Shown here: in pieces, positions 56,710-64,000 of the stretch
How positions within the stretch are numbered: the first letter of the stretch is position 1
How the letters are laid out: the number at the start of each line of letters is the position of its first letter
Source of the DNA: an uncultured Alphaproteobacteria bacterium
GTDB lineage: Bacteria > Pseudomonadota > Alphaproteobacteria > Rs-D84
DNA length: 64,000 bases
Assembly: GCA_947054455.1 (NCBI GenBank)
Contig: CAMRWN010000001.1
Span: 4,595-68,594, forward strand
Direction: 5' to 3'
Notes under the pieces: model-generated
What the model was told of the DNA's origin: nothing
Databases searched by the model: none
Seen by the model: only the letters and a program-made list of their open reading frames with translations
Position numbers and translations under genes: made by a program

Positions 56710-56733
56710 AAAATCCCCCGGACGGGGGATTTT

Positions 56734-59340
56734 TTAATGCAACTTGCCACAGCAATGTTTGTACTTTAATCCAGACCCACACGGACACGGCGCATTGCGG
56801 CGTCTGTCGGCGGACTGGTTCAGGGCCGCGTCATGCTGCGCACGCTGTTGTTCGGTGGCGGCAACATCTTCACGCGTCAGTTCCATTCTGCTGATGTACG
56901 AAACGGACATTATCTTGAAATTGTTTATCGTGTTTTTAAACAGTTCCAGTGCCTCGCGCTTGTATTCATACAGCGGGTTTTTCTGGGCGTACCCGCGCAG
57001 GCCGATTGCCGTCTGCAGATAATCCATCTGTTGCAGGTGCCGTTTCCAAACCGAATCCAGCGCCCCCAGCATCATTTGACGCGACGCCATCTGCATCAGT
57101 TCCGGCCCGTATTTTTCCGCCTGCTGGGCATATCTGCGCATCGCCAGATTATGCAGCGTTTCAAACGCCCGGCGTTCGTTTACGGATTCGTCTGTTTTCC
57201 ATTTCTCGATATCCGTGATGTCCAGTGCGAACGTGCGAACCATGGCGTCGTGAATGCCGGTCGTGTTCCAGTCCATCGGATGGGACTTTTCCGGAATGTT
57301 GTTTTCACAAATCATTTCCACAACGTCGCCAATCAGTTCATGCGCCAGTGATGTCAAATCCGTGGACGTCATCAAATCGTCGCGCTGGCGGTATATGACA
57401 CCGCGCTGTTCGTTCATGACGTCGTCATATTTCAGCAATTCCTTGCGCGATTCAAAGTATCTGGCCTCGACCCGCTTTTGCGCCTTTTCCAACGCCTTGG
57501 TTATCCAGGGGTGGGTTATCGCTTCGCCTGTTTTCAGACCCAGTGTCGTCAGCATGCCGTTCAGGCGCGCCGCACCAAAGATACGCATCAAATCGTCGTC
57601 CAGCGCCAAAAAGAATTTTGAATCGCCGGGGTCGCCCTGGCGGCCGGCGCGGCCGCGCAGCTGGTTGTCAATACGGCGCGATTCATGACGTTCGGTGCCG
57701 ATGACATACAGTCCGCCCACATCCAGAACCAATTTTTTGTTCTGTTCGATTTGCGCATAGATTTCTTTCTTTTTATCTTCGTAATCCGGGGCGTCGGCAT
57801 CCAGTTCGGCAATCAAATCTTCGGCATTGCCGCCCAGTTTGATGTCGGTACCGCGGCCCGCCATGTTCGTTGCGATTGTAACCGCACCGGGCGCGCCGGC
57901 CTGGGCGACAATCTTGGCCTCGGACTGGTGATGCTTTGCATTCAGAACCGCCGGTTCGATGCCCAATTTTTTGCGGACAATCGCGGCCAGTTCTTCGGAC
58001 TTTTCAATCGACACGGTACCGACCAAAACCGGCTGGCGACGGGCCATGCATTCGCTAATCTGCTTTATAATCGCGTCGTATTTTTCTTCCTTGTTGCGAT
58101 AAATTTCGTCATGATGGTCGATACGCGCAACCGGACGGTTTGTCGGAATCGACACAACGCGCAGCTTGTATATTTCTTCGAATTCGGCGGCCTCGGTCAT
58201 GGCGGTGCCGGTCATGCCCGAGAGCGTCGGATACAGGCGGAACAGATTCTGGTACGAAATACTGGACACGGTCTGGTTTTCCGGCTGGACGGCGACATGT
58301 TCTTTGGCCTCTATCGCCTGGTGCAGACCTTTGCCGAAACGGCGGCCGGTCATGACGCGTCCCGTAAATTCGTCCACAATCAGGATTTCCCCGCCGCGCA
58401 CGACATAGTTCACGTTCTTTTGATACAAATGATGCGCCAGCAGCGATTGCTGGATATGCATGACCAGCGCGGCGTTTTCCGACGCGTACAAATTGTCGCC
58501 CGCCATCAGGCCCGCTTCTTTTAACAGACGCGTCGCGGTGTCGACCCCTGCATCGGTCAGCGTGACGTGCCGGTCTTTTTCATCCTTTTTAAAGTCGTCC
58601 GCCCCCAGCTGCGCGACCACCGCGTCAACCTTGGCGTAAAGTTCGCTGGTGTCTTCGGCCGGGCCGGAAATTATCAGGGGGGTGCGCGCCTCGTCAATCA
58701 GGATGCTGTCGACTTCGTCGACGATGGCGAAAAACAGCGGGCGCAGAACCTGCTGTTCCTTGGAAAATTTCATATTGTCCCGCAGATAGTCAAACCCCAG
58801 TTCGGAATTTGTTACATATGTTATGTCGCATGCGTATGCGGCGCGGCGTTCTTCGTCGGTCATGTCATGCTGGATAATGCCGATTGACAGCCCCAGGAAA
58901 CGGTAAACCTGGCCCATCCATGTCGCGTCGCGCGACGCCAGATAATCGTTGACCGTAATCAGGTGTGCGCCCTTGCCGTGTAATGCCTTTAGAAACAGCG
59001 CCAGCGTCGCGACCAGTGTCTTGCCCTCGCCCGTGCGCATTTCTGCAATCTGGCCGTGCGTCAAAACCATACCGCCAATCATCTGGACGTTAAAGTGGCG
59101 CAGACCGATTGTGCGGACAGACGCCTCGCGTACCAGGGCGAACGCATCGGGCAGAATGTTCTTTTCCTTTTCGCCAGCCGCCAAACGCTGGCGCAGGGCG
59201 ACCGTCTGGGCGCGCAGTTCGTCATCGCTCATCGCGTGATATTTTGGCTCCAAATCATTAATCAAAGATACCGTTTTATCATACGACTTTACAATTCTGT
59301 CGTTGGCGGATCCCAGAATTTTACTTATAACATTCAACAT
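56734..59340 (-). CDS. secA: preprotein translocase ATPase SecA
   Basis: MRTGEGKTLVATL Walker A. C-terminal zinc finger CPCGSGLKYKHCCG. Confidence 0.95.
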   Translation of the reverse strand: MLNVISKILGSANDRIVKSYDKTVSLINDLEPKYHAMSDDELRAQTVALRQRLAAGEKEKNILPDAFALVREASVRTIGLRHFNVQMIGGMVLTHGQIAEMRTGEGKTLVATLALFLKALHGKGAHLITVNDYLASRDATWMGQVYRFLGLSIGIIQHDMTDEERRAAYACDITYVTNSELGFDYLRDNMKFSKEQQVLRPLFFAIVDEVDSILIDEARTPLIISGPAEDTSELYAKVDAVVAQLGADDFKKDEKDRHVTLTDAGVDTATRLLKEAGLMAGDNLYASENAALVMHIQQSLLAHHLYQKNVNYVVRGGEILIVDEFTGRVMTGRRFGKGLHQAIEAKEHVAVQPENQTVSSISYQNLFRLYPTLSGMTGTAMTEAAEFEEIYKLRVVSIPTNRPVARIDHHDEIYRNKEEKYDAIIKQISECMARRQPVLVGTVSIEKSEELAAIVRKKLGIEPAVLNAKHHQSEAKIVAQAGAPGAVTIATNMAGRGTDIKLGGNAEDLIAELDADAPDYEDKKKEIYAQIEQNKKLVLDVGGLYVIGTERHESRRIDNQLRGRAGRQGDPGDSKFFLALDDDLMRIFGAARLNGMLTTLGLKTGEAITHPWITKALEKAQKRVEARYFESRKELLKYDDVMNEQRGVIYRQRDDLMTSTDLTSLAHELIGDVVEMICENNIPEKSHPMDWNTTGIHDAMVRTFALDITDIEKWKTDESVNERRAFETLHNLAMRRYAQQAEKYGPELMQMASRQMMLGALDSVWKRHLQQMDYLQTAIGLRGYAQKNPLYEYKREALELFKNTINNFKIMSVSYISRMELTREDVAATEQQRAQHDAALNQSADRRRNAPCPCGSGLKYKHCCGKLH

Positions 59341-59534
59341 TTATTTCTTCCTTGTCTTATCTAAAAACATATAGCAATTTTGCACATTGCGGTCAAGATA
59401 CTTTATGATATAATGCACTTGTGCATGACAAACAAGTGGCATAAAACCAAAAAACGCAAAAATATTGATTCTTGCCGGATTTTTTGGGAAAAATTGCCTA
59501 TTATTTATATATAATTTATCAAAGGAAGAGAAAG

Positions 59535-59747
59535 ATGAAGCCACAGGTTCAACAATTAAAAACGTCCGATATAACCAGCGAAGTGTTCACCGTCGCACCG
59601 ACACAAATCGAATACATCGCCCAGATTTTCGGGGACAATGTTGCCGACGCAATGAATATGCGAACATTCGCGCCAAAAATCCGCCAGATTGCCGAAGACG
59701 CACTGCGTAATGCGCTGATGGCGGCGCGACGCCAGGGCGCGAAATAA
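59535..59747 (+). CDS. hypothetical 70-aa protein
   Basis: AAGGAAGAG upstream of the ATG at 59535. No family recognised. Confidence 0.45.
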   Translation: MKPQVQQLKTSDITSEVFTVAPTQIEYIAQIFGDNVADAMNMRTFAPKIRQIAEDALRNALMAARRQGAK

Positions 59748-59849
59748 ACGCCGCACACGGCGACGTATTGGATAAATCCGACACTTGCATAAATTAAAAT
59801 ACGCACCGCGCACAGACGTAAAAAAAATCCCCCGTTTGGGGGATTTTTT

Positions 59850-62090
59850 TTAGCTTTTATTTTCCTCACAGATGCGTTTTGTGGAATTGAACGTCTTGCC
59901 TGTGCCGCAATTACACGTTCCGCTATTATTGCTAACAGTCCAGGTGCCGCCGGAATTTTTACAGCCGATTTCCAAACCAACCTGATAACCCAGCGCCTCG
60001 TTCAGCCATTCGGTTATATCACCCGTCTGTCCTTTCCAGCCGTTGACACTCTGGCACGGGATAATCTTGGACGCACAGGCACGTATTGCGGTCGCACTTG
60101 GCGTATTGTCAGTCGAAGAACCATAATAATTGGTATTGCCATAATTAAAGTTGTTCTGCGACAGGCAGGAAGCAACACCTGCGATACAGCTTTCCGCATA
60201 GTCTGCCAACTTTTCGTCCTGGGCCGCCTTAATCTGGACCAATACGCGTTCCAAGTAGCCCTTGACGACATCGTTTTTATCGTTATAGGTCTTGTTGTTA
60301 TTGCCTGTATATGTATAGTTCTGGCATTTGTTCAATACGGACACGCACATACCCTGGGCCTTGCCATTCTTGTCAATATATCCGATTTTGCTCTGCAGAT
60401 ATTTTGTCATATCTGTGGGATTGGATATGGATGCGACATTAGAGGACATTGTACTATCAATGAATTCGCCCAAACTGCCATTCTTGCCCCATGCATTCTT
60501 TTCTGGATCATAATTCCAAAATTTATACAAACCGTCGGTAGCTTCTACCTTGCTGCTCAGTTCGCCCCCGGATACGCCCGGTGTGCTGCCATCGACAATT
60601 TCGCCGCCAACGATGTATTTACCCGTCGGGTCCAGACATGATTCATAATCTGTGCCACATACAAATTCATCCTGCATGCACGAATCCAACGCATTGATGC
60701 ACGAACGCATGTCGGCGTATGTATTCTTTTGCTGTGCAACCATCAGACGCGCCTTTTGCAGAACGCTTTTGGCGTTGCGCACAGTCGCACTCATCTGGTC
60801 ATTGGAATCGGTCAGACTGCGTTCATATGCAATGCACTGCTTGTCAATTTCCAAATCATATGCGTTTGTTATAATAGACGCATCCACGCCCTGGGCCGTA
60901 CAGCTGTTCAACACGGACGCCTTGCATCGTGCGGTCGCGGTTTTATACAATGTTTCGCCGCGCTGATTGCTGATGCTGGATGTTGCGTTGGATGTACCGA
61001 ACAAGCTGCTCAAATCAATACCACCCGTACCGAACGAGAAATCAGTCAAAATGTTTAAATCAAAACTGAAACCGGTGTCAGTCGTGGACACAGAACCGGG
61101 CTTTATCCCGATAATCATGTTTTTGACCTGTTCCAAGGAATTGTTCAGCTGCGTGTTGTCAGTTTTGCCCTGCATGGCGTTTTCCGCCTCGGTCTGGCTG
61201 AACAATGTTTCAACCTCGTCCTTGCTCAGTCCGATGTACTGAATCTTTTGTGCAACCTCCTGCAGTTCTTCGGTCGCCTGTTTCAGCGCGGTTTCGGTCT
61301 TTTCATAATTTTTCAAATTCTTGCTGCAGCTGCAACGTCCCTGATTGTCGTCCAGAACATTACAGAAATTATCCATGCACTGGGTGTACTGCGCCTTGCA
61401 GAAATCGGTCAATTGCGCCAGTTCATCCATGCTGGTGGCATCAACGGTTGACGTCGCGGCCGTCGTAACGGCAGTTGACGACGATGCGCGCACCGCGGGA
61501 ACGCGGGCGGCGACACTGGTGCTGCCGCGGACACCGACACGCCCCGTATACAACGGTGTGTTGACAGTATCGGTCTGGACCAGACCCGCACGCGCAGTTG
61601 TGGCGCCGGAATTGGATGTACGCGTCGCACGCGGCGAAACCGTTGCGGCAGAACGCGAATTTACGGCCGCACCCGCACGACCTGACGCCGTGGTGGCGGT
61701 ATTCGAACCCGTACGCGCGGCAACCGCCGTGCGCGCGGTATTGAGATTATTGGATGCCGCCCCGCGCGTAGAAACACTGCGCCCGGTTGATGCAACCGCA
61801 CGACCGCTGGTTTGCGTACGCGCGCCGGTGGCGGATGCGGACGGCACCGCACGCGAAACAGCGGTGCGGCCCGTAGAAGATGTATTGGAAGTGCGCGGAC
61901 TGGGCTTTTGCGGCACAACCGGCGCGGCGGCCGGTGCATCGGATGCGTCTTCTTCGACAACATCGACAAATTCATCGCCGGGAAAATCCTGGTCTGCGTA
62001 TTCGATAACATCCTCGTAAAAAACAGGCGCAATCTCCGCAAATGCGGGCAAAACCAACAAACCACTCAGTACGGCAATCAGTCTTTTCAT
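59850..62090 (-). CDS. large secreted protein: S/T/A/R-rich disordered region plus Cys-rich C-terminal two-thirds
   Basis: Signal peptide (LLVLPAFAEIA). About 170 aa of pseudo-repeats (GRTAVSRAV, GRAVASTGRSVSTRG, ARTAVAARTG). Then 29 Cys, including CKAQYTQCMDNFCNVLDDNQGRCSC and GTCNCGTGKTF. Confidence 0.7.
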   Translation of the reverse strand: MKRLIAVLSGLLVLPAFAEIAPVFYEDVIEYADQDFPGDEFVDVVEEDASDAPAAAPVVPQKPSPRTSNTSSTGRTAVSRAVPSASATGARTQTSGRAVASTGRSVSTRGAASNNLNTARTAVAARTGSNTATTASGRAGAAVNSRSAATVSPRATRTSNSGATTARAGLVQTDTVNTPLYTGRVGVRGSTSVAARVPAVRASSSTAVTTAATSTVDATSMDELAQLTDFCKAQYTQCMDNFCNVLDDNQGRCSCSKNLKNYEKTETALKQATEELQEVAQKIQYIGLSKDEVETLFSQTEAENAMQGKTDNTQLNNSLEQVKNMIIGIKPGSVSTTDTGFSFDLNILTDFSFGTGGIDLSSLFGTSNATSSISNQRGETLYKTATARCKASVLNSCTAQGVDASIITNAYDLEIDKQCIAYERSLTDSNDQMSATVRNAKSVLQKARLMVAQQKNTYADMRSCINALDSCMQDEFVCGTDYESCLDPTGKYIVGGEIVDGSTPGVSGGELSSKVEATDGLYKFWNYDPEKNAWGKNGSLGEFIDSTMSSNVASISNPTDMTKYLQSKIGYIDKNGKAQGMCVSVLNKCQNYTYTGNNNKTYNDKNDVVKGYLERVLVQIKAAQDEKLADYAESCIAGVASCLSQNNFNYGNTNYYGSSTDNTPSATAIRACASKIIPCQSVNGWKGQTGDITEWLNEALGYQVGLEIGCKNSGGTWTVSNNSGTCNCGTGKTFNSTKRICEENKS

Positions 62091-62281
62091 AAAAAACTTC
62101 CCTTCTATTTCTTGCTTATTTTATCACATATGTCATTGCCAATCAAATGAAAAATCAACACATTTCTTTAAAACGGCGCAGATGCGTGTTGTGATTTTTT
62201 TGCTAATTCATTATAAAATTTAACGAATTTGACTTGTAAAAATATCCAAATATAACTATAATCGGTGTCAAAAGGAAAAAA

Positions 62282-63868
62282 ATGGCCAAACTACACAGAA
62301 TACCAATGTTTGTTCTGGCGTTGCCGCTGATTGGATGCACAACCGTGCCGACAACGACGAACGACAAACGCCTGGAAGGATACAGCGCAAAAATAACAGC
62401 GGCTGATTTTGAATATAATCCGATGGAAACGCCGATTGCCAAATGCTATGTCGACGAATTGTCCCAGTCCCCGGGCATCAGCGGCGCCACATTGATAGAA
62501 GACGGCCTGTCCGCATTTGTCATCCGTTCTGCGTTCGCGCGCATGGCGACCAAGACAATTGATTTGCAGACATACATATACAGCAACGACTTTTCATCCA
62601 AGGTGCTGGTCGGCGAACTGAAAAACGCGGCGGATCGCGGGGTGAAAATCCGCATATTGGTCGACGATTACGGAACAAAATCCGACATTGTGGACGTCAT
62701 GCTGCTGAACCAGCACCCAAACATAGAGGTAAAGGTATTCAATACCGTCGCGAACCGCGCGCGCCTGCTGTATTATCCGCAGTTTCTGATGGATTTCAAC
62801 CGGCTGAATTCACGCATGCACAACAAACTGTTCATTGTGGACAACATTGCGTATATAACCGGCGGCCGCAATGTCGGCAGCAACTATTTCTATCCGGAAA
62901 CCGCGTCAAACTTTTCGGACACGGACGTTTTGTTTCTGGGGGACATGACGCATTACGCCACCGACAGCTTTAACGAATACTGGAATCACCATCTCTCGAT
63001 TCCGGCATCGGTTTTCCCAAAGGCGAAATCAAAAAAGGCCATGCGAAAACTGGAGCGTCAGTTCGAAGAAATACAACAAAAAAGCGCTGAAAACGTAAGA
63101 CGCTATAACACGATTATATCGCTGGTCCAGCGCCAGTATAAAAACAAAAAATTCGATTTCAGCTGGGGGCGCGGAAAATTCCTGGCTGACCCGCCGTCCA
63201 AGGTTGAAATGACCCCGCAGGAGAAAGAGGAATACCGCGGCGACATTGTACAGGCACTGCAGCGCCTGTGGGATGAAACAAAGGACAGCGTATATATTTC
63301 CGCAGCCTATTTCGTACCCGGCCAGGGCGGTTTGGAACACATGATGCGCGAAGAAAACTCTGGCGTGCATATGACCATACTGACAAATTCGCTGGCGTCG
63401 ACAAACGCGCCGACGGTTTACGCGAAATGGGAAAAATACAGAAAACAGCTGATAGAATCCGGCGCCGATGTTTATGAATTTATGCTAAGCGCGGAAAACA
63501 TGCGCGGCAAAGAGCATGACCGTGAACGCAAACAATCCAGTTTCTCGGTGCTGCACAGCAAAACAATGGTTTTCGACGACAACATATCATGGATAGGAAG
63601 CTTTAACCTGGATCCACGCAGCGCCTATTTCAACACGGAAAACGTGGCCGTGTTCGAAAGCCCGGAATTTGCCCAAAAGCTGCGCGATATGATTATTGGC
63701 GACACCAAGACATCATGGCGCGTAAGTTTGGAAAACGGTCATCCCCGCTGGACTGGACAGCGACAGTTCGACAGCGCCCCGCGCACATACCGGCGCAGCC
63801 CGGACACAGGAATCCTGCGACGCATGTGGAAATCGATATGCGGCCTGGTTCCTGAAAAATTCGTATAA
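62282..63868 (+). CDS. phospholipase D family protein (two HKD motifs)
   Basis: Lipoprotein-like signal (LALPLIGC). HNKLFIVDNIAYITGGRN and HSKTMVFDDNISWIGSFN. Confidence 0.9.
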   Translation: MAKLHRIPMFVLALPLIGCTTVPTTTNDKRLEGYSAKITAADFEYNPMETPIAKCYVDELSQSPGISGATLIEDGLSAFVIRSAFARMATKTIDLQTYIYSNDFSSKVLVGELKNAADRGVKIRILVDDYGTKSDIVDVMLLNQHPNIEVKVFNTVANRARLLYYPQFLMDFNRLNSRMHNKLFIVDNIAYITGGRNVGSNYFYPETASNFSDTDVLFLGDMTHYATDSFNEYWNHHLSIPASVFPKAKSKKAMRKLERQFEEIQQKSAENVRRYNTIISLVQRQYKNKKFDFSWGRGKFLADPPSKVEMTPQEKEEYRGDIVQALQRLWDETKDSVYISAAYFVPGQGGLEHMMREENSGVHMTILTNSLASTNAPTVYAKWEKYRKQLIESGADVYEFMLSAENMRGKEHDRERKQSSFSVLHSKTMVFDDNISWIGSFNLDPRSAYFNTENVAVFESPEFAQKLRDMIIGDTKTSWRVSLENGHPRWTGQRQFDSAPRTYRRSPDTGILRRMWKSICGLVPEKFV

Positions 63869-64000
63869 AAAAACTGGCGTTGCGCCAGTTTTTTTATTCA
63901 TTGGAATTTAACAATTCCGCCTTTATGGGTGCCATCTTTTCAACACGCGATGAAATCTGGCTATACACCTGGGAATTGGTCAACCCCGCCGCATAACGGA

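Noticed and set aside
63899-64000. A possible 3' end of a minus-strand gene at the right edge (the frame ends with a TGA whose reverse complement lies at about 63899-63901).
   Set aside because: Only about 33 codons are visible, there is no recognisable motif and it is not in the ORF track. There is not enough evidence to report it as a feature.

Overview
64-kb chromosomal window, mostly housekeeping genes. The gene order (fabH-ihfA, lptE-holA, zauP-like/zapA, olsB-olsA, mraZ, secA) looks alphaproteobacterial; that is an inference from synteny, not a database result. The gene set looks anaerobic or host-associated: nrdD/nrdG, L-lactate dehydrogenase, a 2x[4Fe-4S] ferredoxin and Fe/Mn-SOD. Three tRNAs can be folded by hand: Thr-UGU, Ser-UGA and Arg-CCU. 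There are no rRNA genes, no CRISPR array and no recognisable transposase or integrase. Accessory material: (1) a 2-kb insert between mraZ and secA holds three tandem structured RNA paralogs that I cannot assign to a known class, with their own promoters/terminators (the third unit's promoter unclear), bracketed by palindromic hairpin-repeat arrays and two tiny HTH genes. This is the most unusual locus in the window. (2) nrdD is split by a single in-frame TAA, so its glycyl-radical tail is a separate 63-aa ORF with its own Shine-Dalgarno. (3) A prophage-like remnant next to tRNA-Ser carries a 32-bp att-like duplication, a Tlde1/DUF2778-like toxin and a MuF-GH108 fusion with candidate immunity genes. 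(4) A GH24 lysozyme islet sits next to tRNA-Thr. (5) A seven-gene glycosylation operon is present. (6) Several cysteine-rich secreted proteins are scattered through the window. Every functional call rests on motifs read from the supplied translations plus synteny. No searches were run.
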